From Anaerolineae bacterium (GTDB lineage Bacteria > Chloroflexota > Anaerolineae > Promineifilales > Promineifilaceae), in NCBI GenBank assembly GCA_020848035.1, contig JADLAX010000027.1, forward strand, positions 41,528-73,527: a stretch of DNA of 32,000 nucleotides, given 5' to 3'. Below, in pieces: positions 8,009-16,152 of the stretch. The notes beneath the pieces are model-generated. The model made no database searches. It was not told where the DNA came from and saw only the letters and a program-made list of their open reading frames with translations. How positions within the stretch are numbered: position 1 is the first letter of the stretch; the number at the start of each line of letters is the position of its first letter. The position numbers were made by a program, and so were the translations under genes.

Positions 8009-9757
8009 AGCTTTCACGGCCGTTTTTGTCCCATTCGCCAGTGCCAGAATCGATTCAGCACCGCCGAGAGCGTGTTCGCCCTGGGTGCCCAGCATCGCGG
8101 CGAGTTCCTGCACCCGGCCGTCGCCCTCCAGCGTTTTGATGCGGGTGGTGGTACGGCCGTCCGCCTGGGCCTTACTAACGTGGAAATGAATGTCGCCATA
8201 ACCGGCCAGCTGCGGCAAATGGGTGACGACGATGACCTGGTGGTGAGCAACGGCCGTTAAACCCCACAACTTGCGCCCCACCACATCCCCCACCCGGCCG
8301 CCAATACCCTGGTCAATCTCGTCGAAGATGAGCGTGGGTGTCTGGTCCACCTGGGCCAGCGCCGTTTTCAGCGCCAGCATGAGGCGGGCCGTTTCACCAC
8401 CGCTGGCAACTTTGGCCATTGGCTTCAGCGGCTCGCCAGGATTGGTGGAAATGAGAAATTCAGCGTGATCAAAGCCCGTCTTGTCAAACGCCAGCCGCTC
8501 CCCCTCAACGTACAGGCCGTCAAATTGTGGTACCCGCTCAAACTGCACTTCAAATTGAGCGCCATCCATCTGCAAATCGGCGAGCTGGGTGACAACGGCC
8601 GTGGCCAAACGCGCCGCCGCCGCCTGCCGTTTTTTCGACAAAGCGAGGGCCATTTCACCGCAGCGCCGCAAATAAGTTTCTTCAGTTTTCACCAGCTCAG
8701 CAATACGCTCCTCGCTGTTGTCGATGCGGGTCAGCTCCAGTTTGGCCCGGTCGCGCAGCGCCAAAATTTTGCCAATGTCCTCGCCATATTTGCGTTTGAG
8801 CAGGTTGAGCAGCTCCAGCCGCTCCTCAACAAAATCGAGCCGACTGGGGTTGTACTCCACTTCATCCAGATAGCTTTGCAGCTCCGACGACACCTCGGTG
8901 AGCTGATAAATCAGCCCCTGCAGCCGCTCCAGCAGCGGTCCCTTCGTTTCATCATAGCGGGTAAGCTGAATGAGTGAGCGTTCGGCCTGGCCCAGCATAT
9001 CGGCCACGGCCTGGCTTTCGTCGTCCATGCCCGTGAGCAGGTTCACCGCCTCAGACGCCGCTTTCATCAGCTGTTCGGAATTGGCCAGGCGTGTTCGTTC
9101 GGCACGCAGCTCTTCTTCTTCCCCTTCCTTGAGCTTGGCCGCTTCAATCTCCTCGATCTGGTAACGCAGCATGTCGGCGCGCTGCGCCAGCATACGCTCA
9201 TTCTGGCGCAAGTCGGCCAGCTCGGTGCGAATCTCCAGGAGTGCGCCGATTTCCTGGGCCAGCGCCGTCCGTTCCACCTGGACCCCGGCGTAGGAATCGA
9301 GCAGCGGCAAGTGAGAGCGCGGCTGGAGCAGCGACAGGTGCTCACCCTGGCCGTGGATGTCGATCAGCGGTTCGGCCACATCGCGCAAGACGGAGAGGTT
9401 GACGGTACGGCCGTTGACCCGACAAATATTACGGCCGTTCAGCCGCAGCTCGCGGGACAGCAGAACGGCATCACCGTGCTCCTCCGCCTCGGCATCCAGC
9501 CCTTCGGCTTCCAGGATGGGGGCCACAATCTGCTTAAGCGCGTCAGACAGGGTAAAGGTCGCTTCAACGTACGCTTCGCCCGCGCCCGACCGCACCAGCG
9601 TGGTGTCGGCCCGCCCGCCCAACATCAGCATCACGGCGTCTAAAATAATGGACTTACCAGCGCCGGTTTCACCCGTCAGCACATTAAAGCCGCTGTGAAA
9701 GTGCAGGCGCAGCTCGTCGATGATGGCAAAATTTCGGATGTAGAGTTCTGTTAACAT
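8003..9757 (-). CDS. recN: DNA repair protein RecN
   Basis: 584 aa. N-terminal Walker A (MLTELYIRNFAIIDEL...LTGETGAGKSIILDA), a long coiled-coil middle, and a C-terminal SMC-like signature and Walker B (SGGETARLMLALK...LIFDEIDQGIGG). Confidence 0.95.
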   Translation of the reverse strand: MLTELYIRNFAIIDELRLHFHSGFNVLTGETGAGKSIILDAVMLMLGGRADTTLVRSGAGEAYVEATFTLSDALKQIVAPILEAEGLDAEAEEHGDAVLLSRELRLNGRNICRVNGRTVNLSVLRDVAEPLIDIHGQGEHLSLLQPRSHLPLLDSYAGVQVERTALAQEIGALLEIRTELADLRQNERMLAQRADMLRYQIEEIEAAKLKEGEEEELRAERTRLANSEQLMKAASEAVNLLTGMDDESQAVADMLGQAERSLIQLTRYDETKGPLLERLQGLIYQLTEVSSELQSYLDEVEYNPSRLDFVEERLELLNLLKRKYGEDIGKILALRDRAKLELTRIDNSEERIAELVKTEETYLRRCGEMALALSKKRQAAAARLATAVVTQLADLQMDGAQFEVQFERVPQFDGLYVEGERLAFDKTGFDHAEFLISTNPGEPLKPMAKVASGGETARLMLALKTALAQVDQTPTLIFDEIDQGIGGRVGDVVGRKLWGLTAVAHHQVIVVTHLPQLAGYGDIHFHVSKAQADGRTTTRIKTLEGDGRVQELAAMLGTQGEHALGGAESILALANGTKTAVKAK

Positions 9758-9770
9758 AGGATTTTGGCGC

Positions 9771-9820
9771 GGAGATGGGAGGGTGGGAAGGCAAAAGTGA
9801 AAAGTAAAAAGTGAAAAGTG
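9771..9820. repeat. Phased heptamer array (7 units), purine-rich on the plus strand
   Basis: ggagatg ggagggt gggaagg caaaagt gaaaagt aaaaagt gaaaagt, located in the recN-upstream spacer. Confidence 0.8.
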
Positions 9821-9849
9821 CTTCTTTTTTGCTCCCGTCTCTGCTTCAA

Positions 9850-10713
9850 CTATTTCATGTAGGCATATAAAGCCCCGCCAGCCACAAAGAGGAAAATACC
9901 GGGGCCAAGAAAGAGAATCAAGCTGGACAATCCACCCACCAAAAGATACGGCAGAAGCCAGACAAGGGTTCCCAAAATCAGCATCGCCACCATCACCTGC
10001 GGCAGATAACGGCCACGCCGCCGCCCAATCGCCTGCTTACTCAGCTGGCCAATAAACCGCCCGGCAATGCCCCCCACAAACAGCATGATGAAGTAGGTAA
10101 AAAAGCCGCCACCCAGGGCAAAACGAGACACCAGGTAACCGGCAACCAGACTCAACACCAGGCCAATGGCTGGGGCGATGATGTAGTCGAGGGTCTTGGC
10201 GTTGAAAAAGAGGTCTTCTTTTTCGCGAATGCAGTCTGGGCAGCTGTAGCCCACGGGGGTTTTCACGGCACAGCTGCTGCAAATCGGTTTGCCGCAGTTA
10301 TAGCAGCGCAGCGAGGTTGGCCGGTTGGGATGGCGATAGCAAACCAGTTCGTAGCTGTCGGTGGTGGCAACGGCCGCAGGCACCGGCTCTACCACGTTCG
10401 GCGCGAAGGCTTCGGCTTCTTCCTCAACTTCAGGCTCTTCAGCCCAGGCGGGCACCGGCTCTCCACGCAGTTCGGCCAGGGCACGAACCGCCGGGGCATA
10501 TTCAGGATTCAGCGCCACCGCTTTTTCGTAGGCCGCTTCTTGCTCGGTGGCAACGGCCGTCACCCGGCCCAAACCATACCACGCCTCAGCCACATCAGGT
10601 GCTTCCTCAATCAGCTGCCGGTACAGCTGTTCAGCGGCGGCACGCTTGCCCGAATCTCTAACCTTATCGGCCTGTCGCAGCAGCGAGCGCAGCCGGGGAT
10701 CTTGTATCTCCAT
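9850..10713 (-). CDS. TPR repeat / B-box-type zinc-ribbon / 4-TM membrane protein (function unknown)
   Basis: 287 aa. It has an N-terminal TPR-like region (AEQLYRQLIEEAPDVAEAWYGLGRV...YEKAVALNPEYA), a Cys-rich module (CYRHPNRPTSLRCYNCGKPICSSCAVKTPVGYSCPDC), and then four hydrophobic helices. Confidence 0.72.
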   Translation of the reverse strand: MEIQDPRLRSLLRQADKVRDSGKRAAAEQLYRQLIEEAPDVAEAWYGLGRVTAVATEQEAAYEKAVALNPEYAPAVRALAELRGEPVPAWAEEPEVEEEAEAFAPNVVEPVPAAVATTDSYELVCYRHPNRPTSLRCYNCGKPICSSCAVKTPVGYSCPDCIREKEDLFFNAKTLDYIIAPAIGLVLSLVAGYLVSRFALGGGFFTYFIMLFVGGIAGRFIGQLSKQAIGRRRGRYLPQVMVAMLILGTLVWLLPYLLVGGLSSLILFLGPGIFLFVAGGALYAYMK

Positions 10714-10762
10714 GAAAATTTATCCAAATTTGTAGAGACGTTGCCATGCAACGTCTCTACTA

Positions 10763-11593
10763 TTATCGTGAGTGACCTAAGCGGCCCATGAGCCGCCGGT
10801 AAAAATAGCCCGAACTTTCCACGCGGGCAAATTTGCAGCTGTTTTCCGACTTGGTCACCAGCACCACATCCTCATCCTCCAGCAAAATACCGTCGGTGCC
10901 GTCGGGCGTCAGGTAAGCGTGGTGATCCATATGCACCGTGATCGCAATTTCAGCCTGCTCGTGAAAAATAATCGCCCGATCAAAGGTGAGATGGGGAGCA
11001 ACAGGCACCACCACAAAGTTGGGCAGCTGGGGCGGCAAGAGCGGCCCGCCAGCGGCCATCGAATACGCGGTGGAGCCAGTGGGCGTGGCCACGATCAGGG
11101 CATCGGCGGTGTAGTTGGTGACGTGATCGCCATCCACATGCAGCTGAAAACGCACCACGCGGGCCTGACGGCCGCGTCCCACCACCACGTCGTTAAGGAC
11201 AGAGAAGGTATGCAAGATACGGCCGTTGCGCCGAATCCGCGCCGCCAGCATCAACCGGTTTTCCGTCCAAAAATCACCTTCCAACAACCGGGTCAGCTTC
11301 TCGGGCCAGTCATCAGGCTGGGCCTCGCTTAAAAACCCCACCCGCCCCAGGTTGATGCCAAAAATGGGCACATCTTCCACACAGGCGTAGCGCGCGGCGC
11401 GCAGCAGCGAACCATCACCGCCCAGCACAACCAGAAAGTCGCTACCGTGTACCAGTTGCCCCATGCGTGCCTCGTCGTAGGAGGAGCCAATCCAGGCGGT
11501 AACGCCGCGTTGGGTCAGCCAGGTCTCAATTTCCACAGCCAGCGGCTGCGACTCGGCCACCTTGGGGTGATGGAGAATGCCAATTCGTGTCAT
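10763..11593 (-). CDS. nadK: NAD(+) kinase
   Basis: 276 aa. GGDGSLL motif (FLVVLGGDGSLLRAAR), NDVVV, and TPTGSTAYSMAAGGP, the canonical NAD kinase motifs. Confidence 0.93.
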   Translation of the reverse strand: MTRIGILHHPKVAESQPLAVEIETWLTQRGVTAWIGSSYDEARMGQLVHGSDFLVVLGGDGSLLRAARYACVEDVPIFGINLGRVGFLSEAQPDDWPEKLTRLLEGDFWTENRLMLAARIRRNGRILHTFSVLNDVVVGRGRQARVVRFQLHVDGDHVTNYTADALIVATPTGSTAYSMAAGGPLLPPQLPNFVVVPVAPHLTFDRAIIFHEQAEIAITVHMDHHAYLTPDGTDGILLEDEDVVLVTKSENSCKFARVESSGYFYRRLMGRLGHSR

Positions 11594-11598
11594 AGATG

Positions 11599-11630
11599 GG
11601 ACACTGATTTACACTGATTTACACTGATTT
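11599..11630. repeat. GG + three perfect tandem decamers ACACTGATTT; left arm of an inverted bracket around the GxxExxY gene
   Basis: ggacactgatttacactgatttacactgattt. The reverse complement of 12051-12089 reads ggacactgattgacgctgataaacactgatatttgattt. The first 11 nt are identical and overall identity is about 27/32. Confidence 0.8.
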
Positions 11631-11642
11631 GGGGATGCATTT

Positions 11643-12038
11643 TCAACCTTTTAGGTTTGGTTTTCTCGCATTATCGAATATTTTGCGTTTCTTGGTAGCT
11701 GACGGCCCGAAGTTTAACAGTAGTCCTACTTCAAATGGCGTTGCCTTTAGATAATTTAGCAACTGCGCTTCATGTATCGGCAGCAAGCTCGCCACGGCCT
11801 TAAGCTCCACAATAATTTTGTCCTCAATTAACAAATCGGCAAAATACTCTCCTACAACTTCTCCACGATAATAAACCTGAATTGGTGCTTGCTGCTGCGC
11901 CTTTAGGCCTCTCGCCCGTAACTCTATTGCCATTGAGTTTTCGTAAACTCGTTCAAGAAAACCGTAACCCAGGCTGTTATAAACAGCGTAAAAAGCATCA
12001 ACGATTTGCTGCGTTACGTCCTGGTGTTTGTATTGCAT
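11643..12038 (-). CDS. GxxExxY family protein (PD-(D/E)XK nuclease-fold superfamily)
   Basis: 131 aa. It has the eponymous motif GFLERVY (LGYGFLERVYENSMAIEL) plus ADLLIEDKIIVELKA, a D...E-x-K-like core. GC is about 43% in the stretch I counted. Confidence 0.85.
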   Translation of the reverse strand: MQYKHQDVTQQIVDAFYAVYNSLGYGFLERVYENSMAIELRARGLKAQQQAPIQVYYRGEVVGEYFADLLIEDKIIVELKAVASLLPIHEAQLLNYLKATPFEVGLLLNFGPSATKKRKIFDNARKPNLKG

Positions 12039-12050
12039 ATAACACTCTGC

Positions 12051-12089
12051 AAATCAAATATCAGTGTTTATCAGCGTCAATCAGTGTCC
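12051..12089. repeat. Degenerate inverted copy of the ACACTGATTT decamer array (right arm)
   Basis: aaatcaaatatcagtgtttatcagcgtcaatcagtgtcc. It abuts and overlaps the hisS stop codon by 1 nt. Confidence 0.75.
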
Positions 12090-13354
12090 TATTTCTTCAA
12101 ATACGCAAGCACGTCGGTGAGTTTGACCAGGGTTTGCTCGCCGCCGTCTAACGGCCGTACCATCACCGCCCCCTGCTCCAGTTCCGCTTCACCCACGATG
12201 AGCACCGTCTGGATGTCGTGTTTGTTGGCTTCGCGCATCTGGCTTTTCATGCTGCGCTTATCGCGCGAGAAGGCCAGCCGGGCACCAATGCCCGCCGCCC
12301 GCAGTTGGAAGGTAAGCTGAACGGCCGCTTCCTTCGTAGCCCCACCAAAATGGGCCACCAAAACGGTCGGCTGCGCCGGTGCGAGCGGCGCGATGCCTGC
12401 TTCCTGCATGCTCAACACAATGCGCTCGATGCCGCTGCCAAAACCCACACCCGGCGTCGAGGGTCCGCCAATATCTTCCGCCAACCCATCGTACCGACCG
12501 CCGCCGCAAACGGCCGCTTGCGCCCCAATGCCCTCGGCCCACACTTCAAACACCGTCTTGGTGTAATAATCAATGCCGCGCACCAGGCGGAAATTGATGC
12601 TGTAACTCTGATCCAGCGCGTCCAGCAGCCCCCGCAGGTCGGTAAAATGGGCTTCACAGTCGTCACACAAGGAATCAATAATGTGCGGCGCATCGGCCAG
12701 CAGGACCTCCATGCCTGGCTCTTTGCTATCCAGCACCCGCAGCGGATTGCGCTGGATGCGCTCTTTGTCGATGTCAGCCAGCTTGTCCAGGTGCTGGGCC
12801 AGATATTCGGTGAGCTTTTGCACGTAAGCCGGTTTACACACCGGGCAGCCGGTGCTGTTGAGCTGGAAGGTCAGCCCCTGGAACCCCAGCGAACGGTACA
12901 GATTCATCGCCAGCATCATCACTTCCACGTCGGCGGCGGGATCGACTTCGCCCAAAATTTCGCAGTTGAACTGGCTGTGCTGGCGGTAACGCCCGGCCTG
13001 CTGCCGTTCGCGGCGGAAGGCCGGGCCAATGGTGTAGAGCTTCACTGGCTGCGGCCAGCTGCTCATGCCGTTCTGGATGTAGGCGCGCATAAATCCGGCC
13101 GTAAATTCCGGCCGCATCGTTAGCGTTACCCCCTCGGACTCTTCCAGGGTGTACATCTCTTTTTGCACAAAAAAGTCGGAACCTTCCCCCACACCGCGCT
13201 GGTACAGCTCGGTGTATTCCAGGATGGGTAAGTCGATGCGCTGGAAACCGTAGCGGTGGGCCAATTCGGTCGCCTTTTCGGTAATCAGGTCCCAATAGCG
13301 GCGTTCTTCCGGCAGGACATCCTGCATGCCCTTGGCGCGTTGTATTGCTGTCAA
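12089..13354 (-). CDS. hisS: Histidine--tRNA ligase
   Basis: Class II aaRS HisS motifs are present (RGMQDVLPEE, FRRERQQAGRYRQHSQF, GGGRYDGL). The ORF track start is a TTG at 13432 with no SD. The in-frame TTG at 13354 is preceded by GGGAGG 5 nt upstream and gives the normal HisS N-terminus (TAIQRAKGMQDVLP). Confidence 0.93.
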   Translation of the reverse strand: MTAIQRAKGMQDVLPEERRYWDLITEKATELAHRYGFQRIDLPILEYTELYQRGVGEGSDFFVQKEMYTLEESEGVTLTMRPEFTAGFMRAYIQNGMSSWPQPVKLYTIGPAFRRERQQAGRYRQHSQFNCEILGEVDPAADVEVMMLAMNLYRSLGFQGLTFQLNSTGCPVCKPAYVQKLTEYLAQHLDKLADIDKERIQRNPLRVLDSKEPGMEVLLADAPHIIDSLCDDCEAHFTDLRGLLDALDQSYSINFRLVRGIDYYTKTVFEVWAEGIGAQAAVCGGGRYDGLAEDIGGPSTPGVGFGSGIERIVLSMQEAGIAPLAPAQPTVLVAHFGGATKEAAVQLTFQLRAAGIGARLAFSRDKRSMKSQMREANKHDIQTVLIVGEAELEQGAVMVRPLDGGEQTLVKLTDVLAYLKK

Positions 13355-13506
13355 ACTTGCCTCCCAAGTTCTTAAATGCAGAGGACGCAGGATGTGCAGG
13401 TGTGACTGCCTGTAGGCTGGGTCTTCTGGCAATAGTTGTGTAAAGATTGGGGTATATTATAGCCAGATCAGGGGGATTTTGTAGCGTGGGATGGGAAACG
13501 GCCGTA

Positions 13507-13893
13507 TCACCCCACCTGGGTTGCCAACCACCACGTATTGCCGGTCGGGTCCTTCACCCCACCGCGCCGGTCAGGATCACCCTTCTGCATGGGCTCCTGC
13601 ACGGATTCGCCGCCAGCCGCCAGCGCCTTCTGGTACGTCGCATCCACATCGGGCACGTAAACATGCAGCCAGACAGGAAAAGCGGGATATCCTTCACCCC
13701 CATCGGCCAGCATGACAATCGTGTCGTCAATTTGCACCTCGCCGTGCATGAGGGTGCCGTCAGGGTTATCAAAACGACGTGTCACTTTGGCGTCGAATGT
13801 GGCCACCAAGAAATCGATGAGCTTCTGTGCGCCATCGACCATGATGTAGGCCGAAACGGACGCATAGCCTTCCGGTTTATAAAATTTTGTCAT
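13507..13893 (-). CDS. VOC (glyoxalase/bleomycin-resistance/dioxygenase) family protein
   Basis: 128 aa. The typical small VOC/PhnB-like pattern is present (ASVSAYIMVDGAQKLIDFLVATF...HGEVQIDDTIVMLAD...RRGGVKDPTGNTWWLA). Confidence 0.82.
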   Translation of the reverse strand: MTKFYKPEGYASVSAYIMVDGAQKLIDFLVATFDAKVTRRFDNPDGTLMHGEVQIDDTIVMLADGGEGYPAFPVWLHVYVPDVDATYQKALAAGGESVQEPMQKGDPDRRGGVKDPTGNTWWLATQVG

Positions 13894-13902
13894 AACTACC
13901 TC

Positions 13903-14193
13903 TCAATTGATAACGGTGAAGTAAGCACCAGGTGGCATATCGGCCAGCAGCGTTTTGATTTCCGCAATTTCTTCGGCGGTGATGTTTTTTACGGAAGCTT
14001 GATGCGCTTCAAGGCTGTCCCACACCTCAACAATCATAAACCGCGTGGGATCAGATTGGTTTTGGTAAACCTGGCATGCCTGCCCCCCGTCAGCGACTTC
14101 AATCGCCGGAACAATCACACGCTCGATGAAGGATCGGAGGGCATCTTCTTTGCCCGATTGGGCCACCATCTCGCCAATTCTGGCAACAGTCAT
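13903..14193 (-). CDS. Antibiotic-biosynthesis-monooxygenase (ABM) domain protein
   Basis: The ORF track gives 13903-14277. The ATG at 14193 has AGGAG 7 nt upstream and removes the overlap with the upstream gene. The ~96-aa ferredoxin-like ABM pattern is present (QACQVYQNQSDPTRFMIVEVWDSLEAHQAS). Confidence 0.72.
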   Translation of the reverse strand: MTVARIGEMVAQSGKEDALRSFIERVIVPAIEVADGGQACQVYQNQSDPTRFMIVEVWDSLEAHQASVKNITAEEIAEIKTLLADMPPGAYFTVIN

Positions 14194-14206
14194 CCTGTCT
14201 CTCCTT

Positions 14207-14743
14207 TTAGCCCAGACGCTGGGTGCAAGCGGAGGCCACCCCACAGCGGGCACAACGATTCCAGTCGTTATGGTCACGATCTAACTCAGGTTCATACATG
14301 TCTTCGCGCATCTCGGTGAGCAAATCGAGCAAATCTTCGCGCAGGCCGTCGGTGTAATCGACAGCGAAGGCGCGGTCTTTGTACTGGATGATGCCATGCG
14401 ACGGCCGTATCCCATATTCCCGCTCCACCAGCCAGCAGTACGCCGCCAGCTGGTAGATATGGCTCTCATACGGCTCGGTCGGGGCACGCGTGGCTTTTAT
14501 TTCCACCGGCACAATCGAACCATTGGCCTCTTCAACCAGGTAATCGGGTTTGCCCACCAGGCGCAAGTGGGGGTCGTAAAACGGCTCGGTGTTGGTAACC
14601 CAGGCACTGCCGGTGTCGCTGTATAGGATACGGCCGTCGGGCAGCCCAGCCTGCTCCGCCAAGACCCCGCTGCGCCACCACAGAAACAGCGCCACAGCCA
14701 GCAGCAAAAAGCCAAATCCCAGTGCGTAACCACCCCAAATCAT
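14207..14743 (-). CDS. Cas4-like PD-(D/E)XK nuclease, catalytic C-terminal part, with an N-terminal TM helix
   Basis: 178 aa. N-terminal TM helix (MIWGGYALGFGFLLLAVALFLWW), then the RecB/Cas4 motifs: D (GKPDYL), E-x-K (VPVEIKA), QxxxY (YQLAAY), and a C-terminal CxxCx5C (CARCGVASAC) Fe-S ligand triad. Confidence 0.75.
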   Translation of the reverse strand: MIWGGYALGFGFLLLAVALFLWWRSGVLAEQAGLPDGRILYSDTGSAWVTNTEPFYDPHLRLVGKPDYLVEEANGSIVPVEIKATRAPTEPYESHIYQLAAYCWLVEREYGIRPSHGIIQYKDRAFAVDYTDGLREDLLDLLTEMREDMYEPELDRDHNDWNRCARCGVASACTQRLG

Positions 14744-14749
14744 TGCGGT

Positions 14750-14989
14750 CTACCCACCTACGAATGAATAAGCCATCATGGCCACTACCACAAAAATCAA
14801 CACGTACGCCGCCCGCCGCAGCCAGACAGACTGCTGTACCAGGCTGCCATGCTGCCGATGATGCTGCGTGCCGCGAGCCAGCTCGCGCACATTTTCCGAG
14901 GCGATGCCCCGGCTGCGCTTAAGCCACCAACTGCGCCGACAGTACAAATAGTCACCAATTTCGCTTGCGCGGATCCAATTATCGCTCAT
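14750..14989 (-). CDS. Cas4-like nuclease, N-terminal part (first Fe-S cysteine helix) with a C-terminal TM helix
   Basis: 79 aa. IRASEIGDYLYCRRSWWL matches the Cas4 N-terminal Cys motif. It ends in a TM helix (AAYVLIFVVVAMMAYSFVGG). It is in the same frame as 14207-14743, separated only by TAG plus 2 codons. Confidence 0.6.
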   Translation of the reverse strand: MSDNWIRASEIGDYLYCRRSWWLKRSRGIASENVRELARGTQHHRQHGSLVQQSVWLRRAAYVLIFVVVAMMAYSFVGG

Positions 14990-14997
14990 ATGTTCTA

Positions 14998-15025
14998 ATT
15001 CTAGTCAATTCCGCCGCCCTGTCAA
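14998..15025 (-). promoter_or_regulatory. Near-consensus promoter giving a (near-)leaderless transcript for the Cas4-like operon
   Basis: The minus strand reads TTGACA (15025-15020), a 16-nt spacer, then TAGAAT (15003-14998). Only 8 nt separate the -10 box from the ATG at 14989, and there is no SD. Confidence 0.5.
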
Positions 15026-15178
15026 CCAGCTAAAACGCGACAGCGCAGAGGATTCATGGATTCATTTATTTTGTAGACCAGCGTGGATTTCACGTGCGCC
15101 AAAAGGGCAGCCCAAAGAGCTTTACGGCGGAATATTTACCATCTGAGAGGGCATTGCGAGAGGGCACCAGTCGCAGGA

Positions 15179-16135
15179 TTACGGCCGTATCAACACCTTC
15201 ACCACCCCTGGCTGAGCCGCGCGGACAAAAGCGGCCGTTGCCTCCGCCAGCGAGTATTCAGCAGTGATGAGCGACGCCGTGTCCAGGGCATTTCCGGCCA
15301 GCAGGCGCAGCGCCGGGGCAAATGGGCCGCAGCGCGACCCCGTAACGCTGATTTCCCCCACCACAATCTTGGTCAGATCAACCTGGCTGCCCCCGGCAAA
15401 GGTACTTTTGAGCACCAGGTTACCCAACGGCCGTACCAAACGCAGCGCCTCCGCCAAACCCGCCTCATTGCCCGTCACCTCAACCACAAAGTCGAACCAG
15501 TTGTCGGCGTAGTTGGTGGTAAGGCCGGTAGACAGTCCCCAGCTGGCAGGCAAGGCCAGCGAATCGGGACGGCGGCCCAGCAGGGTAACGTCTTCACCGG
15601 CCAGGTGCAGCACCTGGGCTACCAGCAAACCCAGGCGCCCCGGACCAATGACGGCCGTTTTAGCCGACGGCCGTATGACTAGCTGCTCGCGAATGCGCAG
15701 CGCTGCGGCCAGCGGTTCGGTAAAAATGGCCCGTTCGTCTGGCACATCATCGGGCACGCAGTGCAAATTGCGCACCGGCACCACCACGTACTCGGCAAAC
15801 ACCCCATCCTGGTTATGAATGCCCAGCGAACGCCGGTTGGGGCAATGCTCTGGGCCACTTTTGTGGCACGTTTCACACGTCTGGCAGCCACTATTGATGC
15901 TGGCCACCACACGCTGGCCCAGCCAGCCAGAATCGGCCGCTTGTTCAACCACACCAACAAATTCATGCCCCAATACGCCGGAAAAATCCGGCACGTACCC
16001 TTTAACAATTTCCAGGTCGGTGGCACAAATGCCCGCCAAAGTAACGCGCACCAGGACTTCATCCGCCTGGGGGATGGGCTCAGGGTAGTCTCGCTGCAAA
16101 ACGAGCTGACCCATACGACAAACAAGCGCTAACAT
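15179..16135 (-). CDS. Zinc-dependent alcohol dehydrogenase / MDR superfamily oxidoreductase
   Basis: 318 aa. Catalytic Zn motif (AGICATDLEIVKGY...GHEFVGVV), a structural Zn Cys cluster (CQTCETCHKSGPEHC), and a Rossmann motif (AVIGPGRLGLL). Confidence 0.88.
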   Translation of the reverse strand: MLALVCRMGQLVLQRDYPEPIPQADEVLVRVTLAGICATDLEIVKGYVPDFSGVLGHEFVGVVEQAADSGWLGQRVVASINSGCQTCETCHKSGPEHCPNRRSLGIHNQDGVFAEYVVVPVRNLHCVPDDVPDERAIFTEPLAAALRIREQLVIRPSAKTAVIGPGRLGLLVAQVLHLAGEDVTLLGRRPDSLALPASWGLSTGLTTNYADNWFDFVVEVTGNEAGLAEALRLVRPLGNLVLKSTFAGGSQVDLTKIVVGEISVTGSRCGPFAPALRLLAGNALDTASLITAEYSLAEATAAFVRAAQPGVVKVLIRP

Positions 16136-16152
16136 ATTTATTGGCTCCCGGG

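Noticed and set aside
12218-13123. 301-aa ORF antisense to hisS
   Set aside because: A shadow ORF opposite a clearly conserved class II aaRS gene, with Arg/Ala/Gly/His-rich composition and no motifs.
13355-13506. T-box leader upstream of hisS
   Set aside because: The spacer is only about 150 nt, with a TATAAT at 13461-13456. I see no T-box sequence (no AGGGUGGUACCGCG-like element) or specifier-loop architecture.
14744-14752. TAG in the Cas4-like gene as a programmed recoding (e.g. pyrrolysine) site
   Set aside because: Nothing in the window supports a Pyl system or a recoding signal. Pseudogenisation or termination-reinitiation are simpler explanations, so it is kept only as an alternative in the finding.
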